The position numbers and the translations under genes were made by a program. DNA of 64,000 bases. Source: Candidatus Paraprochloron terpiosi LD05. GTDB taxonomy: Bacteria; Cyanobacteriota; Cyanobacteriia; Cyanobacteriales; Prochloraceae. Every line of letters starts with the position of its first letter. The stretch's first letter is position 1. Shown here one piece after another: positions 40,833 to 50,953 of this stretch. Where the stretch lies: assembly GCA_018141785.1 (NCBI GenBank), contig CP073341.1:879118-943117 (forward strand), in the 5' to 3' direction. The notes beneath the pieces are model-generated. The model had not been told where the DNA came from and searched no databases. It saw nothing but the letters and a program-made list of their open reading frames with translations.

Positions 40833-41888
40833 ATGACTATTCTAATACCAATTATTCTCGCAGGTGGTAAAGGGGAAAGATTTTGGCCCCTCAGTCGTAG
40901 AAAGCGCCCCAAACAGCTCCTTTCCCTCGATGGTAGCGGCAAAAGCTTGCTCCAAACAACAGCAGATCGTCTCTTACCCCTAGCAGGGAATTGGGATAAA
41001 CTATGGGTAGTGACTTCTGCTATAATTGCCCAGGGAGTGAGAGAACAGTTATCAGAATTACCAGCAGAAAACTTATTAATAGAACCAGAAGGGAAAGACA
41101 CAGCTCCTGCGGTAGGTTGGGCTACCTTAGAAGCAGCACAACGTCACGGGAAAACACCCCTAGGCTTTTTTCCAGCGGACCACTGGATAGGGGATACCCA
41201 CGCTTTCGCCCGCACTATTGAAGCAGCTACAGAACTAGCAGTTGCCAAAGAAGCTATAGTTACTCTCGGAATAAAACCCAACTACCCTTCTACAGGCTAT
41301 GGCTATATTGAACAAGGGGAAGAAGAAAGTAATTTTGGTGGTTTACCTGTTTATAAAGTGAGTCGCTTTACGGAAAAGCCCAACCTAGAAACAGCCACAT
41401 CCTTTATAGACACCGGAAACTATAGTTGGAATAGCGGTATGTTTATCTTCCGCCCTGAAGTGATGTTACAGGAACTGGAAATACACGCACCGCAAATTAT
41501 CCAACTTTTGAGAGCAAAAGGGAAAGACGCCTATAAAGAGTTACAGAAGAAAAGCATAGACTATGCTATCATGGAGAAAACCCAATTAGCCTATGTCCTC
41601 CCCGGTAATTTCGGTTGGGACGACTTAGGAGACTGGACTTCCTTGGAAAGATTATTACCCGGAAAGGGAGAAAATATCGCCTTAGCCAACCATGTGGAAA
41701 GAGATACCAAAGGGGCGATTATTTATAGTAGTAATAAAGAGGAGGCGATCGTTACTATTGGTTTAGAGGATGTAGTCATTGTGCGGGATGGAAATGTTAC
41801 TTTAGTCGTGAATAAACACCGCACCCAGGAAATCAAACAAGTCCTCAAACAACTCCAGGGCGATCCCAAATATCAGCAATTACTGTAA
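40833..41888 (+). CDS. Mannose-1-phosphate guanylyltransferase-like nucleotidyltransferase
   Basis: It has the N-terminal PIILAGGKGERFWPLSR..PKQLL motif and the GYGYIE segment of the ManC N-terminal domain. There is no isomerase domain. Confidence 0.8.
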   Translation: MTILIPIILAGGKGERFWPLSRRKRPKQLLSLDGSGKSLLQTTADRLLPLAGNWDKLWVVTSAIIAQGVREQLSELPAENLLIEPEGKDTAPAVGWATLEAAQRHGKTPLGFFPADHWIGDTHAFARTIEAATELAVAKEAIVTLGIKPNYPSTGYGYIEQGEEESNFGGLPVYKVSRFTEKPNLETATSFIDTGNYSWNSGMFIFRPEVMLQELEIHAPQIIQLLRAKGKDAYKELQKKSIDYAIMEKTQLAYVLPGNFGWDDLGDWTSLERLLPGKGENIALANHVERDTKGAIIYSSNKEEAIVTIGLEDVVIVRDGNVTLVVNKHRTQEIKQVLKQLQGDPKYQQLL

Positions 41889-41973
41889 GTTTCGCGCCAA
41901 GGGGGGAAGGGAAAAAATGCTCCAAATATATAGTTGTGGCGGGCAATCAAATATTTGATATTAGTAATATATC

Positions 41974-42270
41974 ATGACTGTACCAACCGACGAATATGAT
42001 AGTCCTTGGAAAGAGACAATTGAAACTTATTTTCGAGAATGTCTCTCAAGCAGTCAATGACATAGACTGGAGTTTTAGATAAAGAATTACAGAAAATCGT
42101 CCGAGATTCCTCTTGAGGGAGAAAATATGCAGATAAATTGGTGAAAGTCTGGCTAAAAAACAGTGGCAATGGGTATTAATTCATTGAGAAGTGCAGGGCG
42201 ATCCGGAAACCAACTTTCAAAGGCGGATGTAGGAGTACCACTCCCTTCTTTTCCTGAGCTATAATTGTTC
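41974..42270 (+). pseudogene. Rpn/PD-(D/E)XK transposase-like gene remnant
   Basis: DSPWKETIETYF...DWS..LDKELQKIVRDS..G..YADKLVKVW...WVLIH is readable only by hopping across stops and frameshifts. Confidence 0.5.
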
Positions 42271-42360
42271 TGAGGTAGGGGCACGGCATTGGTTGGGCCG
42301 ATACAAAAGGCGTAGTGCTGTACCTAGCTTTAGCATAATTTATGCATAAATTTTATTGAT

Positions 42361-42390
42361 TAAATTAAATTAAATTAAATTAAATTAAAA
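42361..42390. repeat. (TAAAT)n pentanucleotide microsatellite
   Basis: There are five perfect TAAAT units plus one TAAAA. Confidence 0.95.
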
Positions 42391-42403
42391 AACCACTTTT
42401 GAA

Positions 42404-42432
42404 TTGACAAATAGTAATTTCATGGATATACT
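42404..42432 (+). promoter_or_regulatory. Consensus-like sigma-70 promoter
   Basis: TTGACA (42404-42409), a 17-nt spacer, then TATACT (42427-42432). Confidence 0.5.
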
Positions 42433-42439
42433 CTTAGCT

Positions 42440-42656
42440 GACATCAGCTTTTACGAAAAACAGAGAGAATATATCATCCAATTGTTGAAAAACTGGTCTT
42501 GTTAATTAAAAGGAATCGCTGGCAGTCCGACTTTCAGAAAGCGATCGATAACGCCTAGGCCAAGAATGTACCCGGCATCAAGCGGATCCAAACACTAAGC
42601 GAAATAGTTAAATATACTTAGTGCGAAGAGCGATCTCGAAGAGATCGCTTTTTTTG
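42440..42656 (+). ncRNA. Candidate small RNA (promoter-to-terminator unit without an ORF)
   Basis: It is bounded by the promoter above and an intrinsic terminator. It has internal hairpins AGCTG/CAGCT (about 42437-42450) and CACTAAG/CTTAGTG (42593-42623). No ATG-initiated ORF of meaningful length is present. Confidence 0.3.
42629..42656 (+). terminator. Rho-independent terminator
   Basis: AGCGATCTC-gaa-GAGATCGCT is a perfect 9-bp stem followed by a T7 run. Confidence 0.8.
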
Positions 42657-42962
42657 AGATTGGAGGGAAGAGTTAAAAACTTTGGTAAGAAAGAGTTCTG
42701 CCGCTTGAGGAGGTGCATTGAGCCAGAAAAAAGCCTCTAACTCAAAAAAAATTCAGAAATTGCTCGCCAGAATCGTCTTTACAGCGCAGCTCAAGCAAAA
42801 GCCATTCTCTTCGGAGGCGTGCAAGATTAACTTCGGTGGGACTGCGAAGTCTGAAAGGCTTACACAGAGCCAAGGTGTGAAGTTATTTCCCCAGCGCCCC
42901 CAGGGAGAAGGGAAAAGCTTAAACCTACAACTGTGTTATTCGATTCTTTACGGAGGACGAAA

Positions 42963-43661
42963 GTGAAAAAACTCTTTGGAGCTTTAGCTCTAATTTTAGC
43001 AGCAATGATGTTCATTATCTCCCCTGCTCAAGCAGGCGGGGACGGAAATGAGGCTTTGGAGGCGACTACAAAAAGTCTCACAATCGAAATTGCTTCCGGC
43101 GATCTGGAAAACCTAAAGGAAAATAAATACAAACTGTGTTTTGCGAAAAAAGTTGGAAACAATGACTACAACGTGGTCTGGCAGTCTTCAGATGAATACC
43201 TGGTAAACAACAAGTTCTCCTGGACTCCCCAGTACCAAATTTTCGGCAGTAATACCTTCGAGGACAATGTTACAGTACAGGTGTCAACCAATGCGGTGGG
43301 AATCGGATTGGGAGAACAAATCACACCGGATAAAGAGGGGGTTTCCGGCAAACCCAGCACAGGAGAACCAAATAATTCAATAACGATGCATAACGAGTAT
43401 GGAAGCATTCACCCTGGTGTGAACCAGCTATCCACTATTAATGGCACCCAGAAAAGCACCCCTATTTACGTAGCTCAAAAACCAGTGGTTAAAGGAGATA
43501 CGGAGCTCACACCGATTGACAAAATCTTGGTTTGGTTCGAGCAAGACATTGAGACCAGCACCATGTTTAGTGAATCACGCTCTAATTCGACAGAGGTGGA
43601 TTTGACTAGCTCAGACTCCGCAACCCGCAAATACGAAGACCAGCAGTGGATAATTCCATAG
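42963..43661 (+). CDS. Secreted protein of unknown function, paralog 1
   Basis: GTG is preceded by GGAGGA. It has a signal peptide (LALILAAMMFIISPAQA) and shares long identical blocks with the downstream paralog. Confidence 0.7.
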   Translation: MKKLFGALALILAAMMFIISPAQAGGDGNEALEATTKSLTIEIASGDLENLKENKYKLCFAKKVGNNDYNVVWQSSDEYLVNNKFSWTPQYQIFGSNTFEDNVTVQVSTNAVGIGLGEQITPDKEGVSGKPSTGEPNNSITMHNEYGSIHPGVNQLSTINGTQKSTPIYVAQKPVVKGDTELTPIDKILVWFEQDIETSTMFSESRSNSTEVDLTSSDSATRKYEDQQWIIP

Positions 43662-43698
43662 TCTTGAAGGCAATTTTAGGTTAATTAGCCTAACGAAA

Positions 43699-43746
43699 CC
43701 ATCGCTCTTCTTCAACAGAAGGAGAGCGATGGTGTTTTATTTTGGC
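43699..43746 (+). terminator. Rho-independent terminator between the paralogs
   Basis: A 15-bp stem CCATCGCTCTTCTTC / GAAGGAGAGCGATGG is followed by TGTTTTATTTT. Confidence 0.8.
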
Positions 43747-43762
43747 TAACTGCAAAAATCCA

Positions 43763-44509
43763 ATGAAAAGAATCTGGATAAATTTAGCTACAATCTTAGC
43801 AGCAATGATATTAATCATCTCCCCTAGTCAAGCAGACGAAGAGCAATCGAGTGTTCCAAGCTCCCTCAAACAAGTGCAAATCCTCAATAATACCTTGGAG
43901 GAGACTAAAAAAACTGTTATCATTAAAATTGCTGAAGAGGATCTCATGACTCTAAAGACTGGAGAATACAAACTGTGTTTTGCCAAAAAAGTTGAAAACA
44001 ATGACTACAACGTAGTCTGGCAGTCTTATGAGGAATATCTATCAAATAACCAATTTTCATGGACTCCCCAGTATCAAATTTTCGGCAGTAACACCTTCCA
44101 AGAAGGTGAGCAAGTATTTGAGTCAATTAATCCCAAGAACATCAGAATGGGAGGACAAATCACACTGGATGAATTTGGGCTTTTTGGCGAACCCAGCACA
44201 GGAGGACCAGATGATTCAATAACGATGCATAACGAGTATGGAAGCATTCACCCTGGTCTTAATCAGCTATCGACAGGTATTCATGGCACACAGGAAAGCA
44301 CCCCTATTTACGTAGCTGTAAACTCAGCGGTTAAGGGAGACATTATCCTAACACCTGTTGATAAAGTCCTGGTTTGGTTCGAGCAAAACGTTGAAACAAG
44401 TACCATGACCATGTTTAACAGCTCACATTCTAAATTAATAGACATCGATTTGACTAACTCTTCCTCCGCAACCCGTAAATACGAAAACCAGGAGTGGATA
44501 ATTCCATAA
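43763..44509 (+). CDS. Secreted protein of unknown function, paralog 2
   Basis: It has a signal peptide (LATILAAMILIISPSQA). Shared blocks are YKLCFAKKV, DYNVVWQS, FSWTPQYQIFGSNTF, SITMHNEYGSIHPG, STPIYVA, LVWFEQ, SATRKYE and WIIP. Confidence 0.7.
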   Translation: MKRIWINLATILAAMILIISPSQADEEQSSVPSSLKQVQILNNTLEETKKTVIIKIAEEDLMTLKTGEYKLCFAKKVENNDYNVVWQSYEEYLSNNQFSWTPQYQIFGSNTFQEGEQVFESINPKNIRMGGQITLDEFGLFGEPSTGGPDDSITMHNEYGSIHPGLNQLSTGIHGTQESTPIYVAVNSAVKGDIILTPVDKVLVWFEQNVETSTMTMFNSSHSKLIDIDLTNSSSATRKYENQEWIIP

Positions 44510-44711
44510 CCCATTCAGCTGCGTAGGGTGTGTTAGGCGCTTCTTTATTTAAATAAAATGAAATGGGAAAAAGGGGGAGGGTCTTCCCGCTCCCGCATCG
44601 TTTTTCTAGGTGCTGGAGCCAACCGAAACTAATACCTTCACAAATGGTCTCTTGGTATATAATATTAGAGTGTGGAAAGATGAAATTGATAATTTTTGAG
44701 GAAAACACAAA

Positions 44712-45014
44712 ATGACTCAAACAAAACCAATTACCAAAGTGCGTAGAGCAAGGGTAGTGGTCTCCAGAAAAAAAGCCAAGAGTAGAGCTGAACAGGAAGC
44801 ATTTTATCAACGGTGCAAGCCAATTTTTGAAAGCGTAAAATTGGAGTTGATGCAAACTTGCTACAATTGGTATATGACAGTAGAACCAGAAACTGGGGAT
44901 TATTTTATTGCTGAAGATGAATTAACCGCTATCAATATGTCCCGTCAGAAACACCCCAATGCTCCTTTCTATCTTTTCCAGATTAACGAAACAGGAGTAT
45001 CGGGAACCATATGA
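44712..45014 (+). CDS. Hypothetical small protein
   Basis: It is a 100-codon ORF with a basic N-terminus. No family was confidently recognised. Confidence 0.45.
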   Translation: MTQTKPITKVRRARVVVSRKKAKSRAEQEAFYQRCKPIFESVKLELMQTCYNWYMTVEPETGDYFIAEDELTAINMSRQKHPNAPFYLFQINETGVSGTI

Positions 45015-45065
45015 TTCAGCGATCGCCCTAAAGAAAGCGGTGCGCGTAACGCACCATTAAACCAA

Positions 45066-45551
45066 TCAAAAACAAAACAAAGTATCCCGAGTATCCCTTC
45101 CTGTAGTAGGATTGGTTCCCGTCGCTCTTTCACAGAGCTTTCCTTCCTGATTCACATTCAACAAAACATTGGTAAAATCGGCTCCGTCAATAATAGCTCC
45201 ATCGAACCTAGCACTAGCGGCAAAAGCACCCTCTAACACTGCATTAGTCAAATTAGTCCCCTTAAAATTAGCGGAGTCTAGTATAGCATAGGAAAGATCC
45301 GCCCCCTCCAAATTAGCTTTTTCCAGATTAGCACCAAAAAGACGTACCCCTCGCAAATTGGCGTTTTTTAAATTACAATCCCGTAAAATAGTGTGGTCGA
45401 AACTATCCCCAGTCAAATCTTGACCCGATAAATCGCTATTCATCAAGTTCCTTTTATTGTAATCTACCGCTTGCACTGGTGCTACCAATATATTTAAAGC
45501 TATGATAGCACCTAAGACAAAAGCAAATAACCCGAATACTTTTTTCATCAT
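45066..45551 (-). CDS. Secreted/lumenal pentapeptide-repeat protein
   Basis: A signal peptide (MMKKVFGLFAFVLGAIIALNILVAPVQA) is followed by contiguous A(D/N)LxG-type pentapeptide repeats. The longer ORF to 45668 is unlikely to be used. Confidence 0.8.
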   Translation of the reverse strand: MMKKVFGLFAFVLGAIIALNILVAPVQAVDYNKRNLMNSDLSGQDLTGDSFDHTILRDCNLKNANLRGVRLFGANLEKANLEGADLSYAILDSANFKGTNLTNAVLEGAFAASARFDGAIIDGADFTNVLLNVNQEGKLCERATGTNPTTGRDTRDTLFCF

Positions 45552-45584
45552 GTTTTCAAAACCATTTCTATTACCCGTCTTACC

Positions 45585-46034
45585 ATGAAAACCACAAATA
45601 AGCAAGAAAATATTACCAAAATTGGCGAGATAGGGGAAAAGTTGGTAGCGCAATGGTTGGTAGCACAAGGTTGGTCAATTCTTCATCATCGTTGGCATTG
45701 TCGGTGGGGAGAAATAGACCTCATTACCCAACAACCCGGAACTATGATTAGTTTTGTGGAGGTAAAAACCCGCAGTCAGCGTAATTTGGACGCTAATGGA
45801 ATGTTGGCTATTACAGAGGAAAAACAAACTAAACTTTGGCAAACAGCAGAAATATTTCTCGCTGAACATCCCCATTTAGTTCATCTTCCTTGTCGATTTG
45901 ATGTCGCTCTTGTTAGTTATAGCGATCGCCCTATAGAGGCTACTCCTAATGATACCATTATAATAGGAAAACAGATATTTTATCAAGGATATTACTTGAC
46001 CATTCAAAATTACATTGAGTCTGCTTTTGACTAA
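45585..46034 (+). CDS. yraN: YraN family (UPF0102) endonuclease
   Basis: It has the motif GE.LVAQWL..QGW.IL..RW.CRWGEIDLI....FVEVKTRS. Confidence 0.8.
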   Translation: MKTTNKQENITKIGEIGEKLVAQWLVAQGWSILHHRWHCRWGEIDLITQQPGTMISFVEVKTRSQRNLDANGMLAITEEKQTKLWQTAEIFLAEHPHLVHLPCRFDVALVSYSDRPIEATPNDTIIIGKQIFYQGYYLTIQNYIESAFD

Positions 46035-46200
46035 AATAAATTTTCTCCTTAAGCTGTTATGATAGATACATCATATTTTCTGACAATGTCAACCATCGGG
46101 ACATATTTTAGCTGCAAAATGTCAGATATAACCCTGGGCGCGGGTTAGGAATTCGTGCTATAGCGTGTTCCCGCCCGAATCGGGATAGCCTGGTAAGTCT

Positions 46201-46257
46201 ATAATAAACCGCAGAGACGCAGAGAACGCAGAGAAAGAGAAAGAGAAAGAGAGAGGA
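46201..46257 (+). repeat. CGCAGAG-type repeat element with an (AAGAG)n tail
   Basis: The sequence is ataataaaccgcagagacgcagagaacgcagagaaagagaaagagaaagagagagg. Confidence 0.8.
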
Positions 46258-46518
46258 TGCTGTTGGGGAAAGTGCCTTCAAATTCATCCAACGGCAAAAT
46301 CAGCCGATAACCTCGATGAGGCACCTTCTCCGGCCCATCTTCCACCGCAAAACCGGGCTTTTCCCCTGTCGGCGGTACCCCACCCCGTTACAAAATTTCC
46401 TACCTTTAATGGTTGGCGTAGGAGCGTCACATATGGATGAATGCAGTTGACTGGATAATATTCAAACCCTGAAGGGGTTTTAGCAAGGTAGCCCGCAATT
46501 TATTCGCGGGCGATCGCC

Positions 46519-47841
46519 TTATGGAGATAATGGTGGTTTCTCTTCAATAGATTCCACCACAGGAGTTTCTTCCTCTTCAACAACAGGAAAATCCTCCTCT
46601 TCTACAGTAGTTTCCTCTTCCATAGATTCTCCCACAGGAGTTTCTTCCTCTTCTGTAACAGGAACTTCCTCTACCACAACTGGTTCTACTACACTCGGTT
46701 CCTCTGTAACAGGAATTTCCTCTCCTAAAGTAGCTTCCTCTTCAAGAGATTCTCCCACAGGAGTTTCTTCCTCTTCAGCAACAGGAACTTCCTCCTCTAC
46801 AGGTATTTCTTCTACAGTAGGTTTCTCTGTCAAGATATCTTCTTCCGTCGGTTCTACTACCGTCGTTTCTACTTCAACACCAGGTATTTCCTCTTGATCA
46901 GTTATTGGTGGGGAAGGGGGAACTTGATAATTTTGGTCTACAATACCCCGTACAGCTTCCAACTCAAATTCGCCCCGGACTATTTTCGCGAGAGTATCCT
47001 GACCATTAGGTTCATATGTAATCAGTCTTGCGGTATTATTAAATACATTAGGGATATTATTCCCCGCTCCATCGATAAATTCCAACTGCACCCAATTCTT
47101 TCCTGGTTTAAAGCCCTGGAGATAAATAGGCTGCCAACTATCTAACAGAAAGCTTTGACCATTTACCGTCACTCGAATGCGCCAGTCAGCAATCTCCTCA
47201 GGAGCAACTAGGTGTAAAGGAGCATTAGTTAAATAGAAGTCCAGCATAATTGGCTCTGCTCCGTAAGTACCCTGGGGACGACTATAAGTCAACAGGGGTA
47301 AAGAGGGATCTGGGTTATTCTCGTTCGTTTTCGTTAAGACATGAAAAGTTGTTTGAGCATAAGCACCTTCGTTTTTAAAGCTTTCGTACCAAGGGCGAGA
47401 AGCAAATAGCCGCAGGGTATGAGTTCCTGGAGTTAAATCAGTCAAAACGATGGGTTGGGACACATCGTATATTGCCCCATAGGGTTCATTATCCACAATG
47501 AGGTGCAAATGTGGTCCCAATTTCAGTTCGGGATTTTGAAAAATAGGTAAGTCTCCCACTTGCACTTGGACGTTTACTGTTGTGGAGGGGAGAATTTCAT
47601 CCGTTTTGGGGCTGAGAATGGTAACTTGAGACTGATATTGTTCCAAACTCTGACGCAGTTGTTCAATGAGAATTGGCGGCGCTACTTCTGTCAGCTTCTC
47701 GGACTGCGCTGGAACGGAAGACTGTTCTATTGCTGACTTATCAATGGTTTCCAGGGGATTCCCGCAACTAACCAAACTCCAACTTAAGGCTATTAAGAGT
47801 AACCATGAACAAATTTTACTTATCAATTTAACATCCAACAC
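46519..47841 (-). CDS. Secreted/lipoprotein-like protein with an acidic E/P/V-rich repeat tail
   Basis: An N-terminal signal with LVSCG (lipobox-like) is followed by a conserved-looking beta-rich body. The C-terminal third is built from repeated EEEETPVGES..EE units. Confidence 0.65.
   Translation of the reverse strand: MLDVKLISKICSWLLLIALSWSLVSCGNPLETIDKSAIEQSSVPAQSEKLTEVAPPILIEQLRQSLEQYQSQVTILSPKTDEILPSTTVNVQVQVGDLPIFQNPELKLGPHLHLIVDNEPYGAIYDVSQPIVLTDLTPGTHTLRLFASRPWYESFKNEGAYAQTTFHVLTKTNENNPDPSLPLLTYSRPQGTYGAEPIMLDFYLTNAPLHLVAPEEIADWRIRVTVNGQSFLLDSWQPIYLQGFKPGKNWVQLEFIDGAGNNIPNVFNNTARLITYEPNGQDTLAKIVRGEFELEAVRGIVDQNYQVPPSPPITDQEEIPGVEVETTVVEPTEEDILTEKPTVEEIPVEEEVPVAEEEETPVGESLEEEATLGEEIPVTEEPSVVEPVVVEEVPVTEEEETPVGESMEEETTVEEEDFPVVEEEETPVVESIEEKPPLSP
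46545..46860 (-). repeat. Intragenic imperfect tandem repeats
   Basis: The block ccacaggagtttcttcctcttc starts at 46557, 46632 and 46755 with similar flanks. Confidence 0.8.
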
Positions 47842-48480
47842 GCTTTCCCTTCCTCTACGTGACTTACATAGGCAATATAGCGCTCCAGGGTGAATCGAGA
47901 ATTTGTCCCCAGGAATCTGGGTTCTTCAATTTAATGTAAAGTTTTGTCACTTATTGTAAATAAAGATGAAAAAAGCTTGACTTTGGAGATGTTTAGTTAA
48001 ATCGATAACCTTTTGTAAATAAAATTGAGCTAATTTTACATTATGTTAAGCGCTGCTAAAAAAAGACAAGAAAGCTGTACCATCTCCCATGAGTGATAAA
48101 ATTATCCTCCAGCAGAAGTAGGAGTGGGAGCACCGAACTGCACCAAAATCCCAGACCATCCCATTGAACGTAAGTGCGACATTCCCTAGTCTCAGCGTAG
48201 CGGACTAGAGAAGGATAGCACGGCGATAACGACTTGCATCGAGCTTGCGAGATGTATTCCGAATTGCCAAACATGGTACAATTTTTTTTGGCGAGGTACA
48301 GATGTAACCCGCTTGCTGTAGGGACGACTACCCGTAGCATAAAAGCAACTGGGCAACCAGTCGGCAATAGTCCACCCTCAATCGATACAGCTAACAGCAG
48401 TATCCCGAAAATAGCTTGTTTGGTTTTCCAAACCAATTTCCGTAAAAATATAAGTTCATTGTCTAGAGAGGAGAACCCTC

Positions 48481-50703
48481 ATGGCAATCAGGGTTGATAA
48501 AGACCCCGTACCTACTTCCACAGAGAAGTGGGGAAAGCCTGGTCATTTTGATCGCACTCTAGCTAAAGGTCCAAAAACCACCACCTGGATTTGGAACCTT
48601 CACGCTAATGCACACGATTTCGATAGTCAAACTAACGATCTAGAAGAAGTTTCGCGCCGAATTTTCAGCGCTCACTTCGGTCACCTAGCTGTAGTTTTCG
48701 TCTGGCTGAGCGGCATGTATTTTCATGGCGCTAAATTCTCTAACTACACAGCTTGGCTGGCAGATCCCACCAACATTAAGCCTTCCGCCCAAGTAGTTTG
48801 GCCAGTTGTAGGTCAAGGCATTCTTAATGCCGATGTGGGAGGCGGCTTCAGCGGTATTCAGATCACCTCTGGTCTGTTCTATATGTGGCGAGCCGCTGGA
48901 TTCACCAATGAGTTCCAATTGTACTGCACGGCAATTGGTGGATTGGTAATGGCAGCACTGATGCTGTTTGCTGGCTGGTTCCACTATCATAAGAGCGCTC
49001 CCAAACTGGAATGGTTCCAGAGCGTGGAGTCTATGATGAACCACCACTTAGCTGTGCTCCTGGGTTGCGGCTCCCTTGGTTGGGCAGGTCACCTGATCCA
49101 CGTCTCTCTGCCAGTTAACAAACTGCTAGATTCTGGGGTTGCTGCGGACAAGATTCCCTTACCCCACGAATTTATTTTGAATAGCGACTTGATGGCAGAG
49201 CTTTATCCCAGTTTTGCACAAGGAATCCAACCCTTCTTCAGTTTGAACTGGGGCGTCTACTCAGACTTCCTGACCTTCAATGGGGGCTTGAACCCCACCA
49301 CAGGGAGCTTGTGGTTGACGGATATAGCCCACCACCACCTAGCCATCGCAGTTCTGTTCATCATTGCTGGCCACATGTACCGGAATACCTTCGGTATTGG
49401 TCACAGCATGAAGGAAATTCTGGAGGCTCATAAAGGTCCATTTACTGGCGAAGGTCACAAAGGTCTTTACGAAATCCTCACCACTTCCTGGCATGCTCAA
49501 TTGGCAGTTAACCTGGCTATGGTCGGTTCTCTGAGCATCATCGTCGCCCACCACATGTACGCCATGCCTCCGTATCCCTATATGGCTACGGATTACGGCA
49601 CCATGTTGTCTCTGTTTACCCACCACGTCTGGATTGGCGGCTTCCTCATTGTTGGAGCTGGCGCTCACGGCGCTATCTTCATGGTGCGGGACTACGACCC
49701 TGCTAAGAATGTTAACAATCTGCTGGATCGGGTAATTCGCCACCGGGATGCAATTATTTCTCACCTCAACTGGGTTTGTATCTGGTTAGGCTTCCACAGT
49801 TTTGGCTTGTACGTTCACAACGATACAATGCGCGCTCTGGGTCGTCCTCAAGATATGTTCTCAGATAGCGCTATCCAGTTGCAGCCAATTTTTGCCCAGT
49901 GGATTCAAGGCATTCATAATGCCGCTCCTGGGGGTACCGCTCCCTTCGCTCTGGATAGTGTTAGTCCAGTGTTCGGCGGCGAGGTTGTAGCTGTGGCAGG
50001 TAAAGTGGCCATGGCACCCATCACCCTGGGTACAGCGGACTTTATGGTCCACCACATCCACGCTTTCACCATCCACGTGACGGCACTGATTCTCCTCAAG
50101 GGTCTGCTCTACTCTCGCAGCTCCCGTCTGATTCCCGATAAATCTAATCTCGGCTTCCGCTTCCCTTGCGACGGTCCTGGTCGTGGCGGCACTTGTCAGG
50201 TATCAGGTTGGGATCACGTCTTCTTGGGCTTATTCTGGATGTACAATTCCCTCTCCATCGTTATTTTCCACTTCAGTTGGAAAATGCAATCCGATGTTTG
50301 GGGTACCGTAACTCCCGATGGGGATGTTTACAACATTACCTTTGGTAACTTTGCCGAAAGTGCAATTACTATCAACGGTTGGTTAAGGGACTTCCTCTGG
50401 GCCCAAGCAGCTAATGTGATTAATTCTTATGGTACGGCTCTGTCTGCCTACGGAATTATGTTCTTAGCTGGTCACTTTATCTTTGCCTTTAGTCTGATGT
50501 TCCTCTTTAGCGGTCGCGGCTACTGGCAAGAATTAATTGAGTCCATTGTTTGGGCTCATAATAAGCTGAAAGTGGCTCCTTCCATTCAGCCTCGCGCTTT
50601 GAGCATTATTCAGGGTCGGGCTGTAGGGGTGGCTCACTACCTCTTGGGAGGAATTGTCACAACCTGGGCATTCTTCCTCGCCCGAACACTTTCAGTGGGT
50701 TAG
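48481..50703 (+). CDS. psaA: Photosystem I P700 apoprotein A1
   Basis: It is near-colinear with known PsaA ([27 protein letters not shown]) and has the FX loop [23 protein letters not shown] lies upstream of the ATG. Confidence 0.97.
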   Translation: MAIRVDKDPVPTSTEKWGKPGHFDRTLAKGPKTTTWIWNLHANAHDFDSQTNDLEEVSRRIFSAHFGHLAVVFVWLSGMYFHGAKFSNYTAWLADPTNIKPSAQVVWPVVGQGILNADVGGGFSGIQITSGLFYMWRAAGFTNEFQLYCTAIGGLVMAALMLFAGWFHYHKSAPKLEWFQSVESMMNHHLAVLLGCGSLGWAGHLIHVSLPVNKLLDSGVAADKIPLPHEFILNSDLMAELYPSFAQGIQPFFSLNWGVYSDFLTFNGGLNPTTGSLWLTDIAHHHLAIAVLFIIAGHMYRNTFGIGHSMKEILEAHKGPFTGEGHKGLYEILTTSWHAQLAVNLAMVGSLSIIVAHHMYAMPPYPYMATDYGTMLSLFTHHVWIGGFLIVGAGAHGAIFMVRDYDPAKNVNNLLDRVIRHRDAIISHLNWVCIWLGFHSFGLYVHNDTMRALGRPQDMFSDSAIQLQPIFAQWIQGIHNAAPGGTAPFALDSVSPVFGGEVVAVAGKVAMAPITLGTADFMVHHIHAFTIHVTALILLKGLLYSRSSRLIPDKSNLGFRFPCDGPGRGGTCQVSGWDHVFLGLFWMYNSLSIVIFHFSWKMQSDVWGTVTPDGDVYNITFGNFAESAITINGWLRDFLWAQAANVINSYGTALSAYGIMFLAGHFIFAFSLMFLFSGRGYWQELIESIVWAHNKLKVAPSIQPRALSIIQGRAVGVAHYLLGGIVTTWAFFLARTLSVG

Positions 50704-50953
50704 ACGGCTCATCAGATGCTTTGCCTTTCGCCCTTGGGGGATAGTTTTAGTCTCTCACTGGAATAAATCCTCCAGGCATTGGCAAGCTACTTCCCAAAAA
50801 AGAGTAAGATGAGTGTTTGAAGAAAAACGGCAAAATTAGGGCAAATAAACCCACTTAGAAACCGTTTTTAGTCCTTGAAGTACAAAAAAAAAAGAAGTGA
50901 GCAGCAATTTTGCATTAGTCTCATTTATTAGAGGAATAAATTCCTAAAGACCT

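Noticed and set aside
42718-42966. This is an 82-codon ORF upstream of the first secreted paralog.
   Set aside because: It has a TTG start without an RBS and a low-complexity basic sequence. It runs over the GGAGGA/GTG start of the well-supported downstream gene, so it is more likely leader sequence.
48056-48436. This is a 126-codon minus-strand ORF (plus 48234-48497 on the plus strand) in the region upstream of psaA.
   Set aside because: It has no RBS and its odd Cys/Trp-rich composition is not protein-like. The region is more plausibly the psaA promoter and long 5' UTR.
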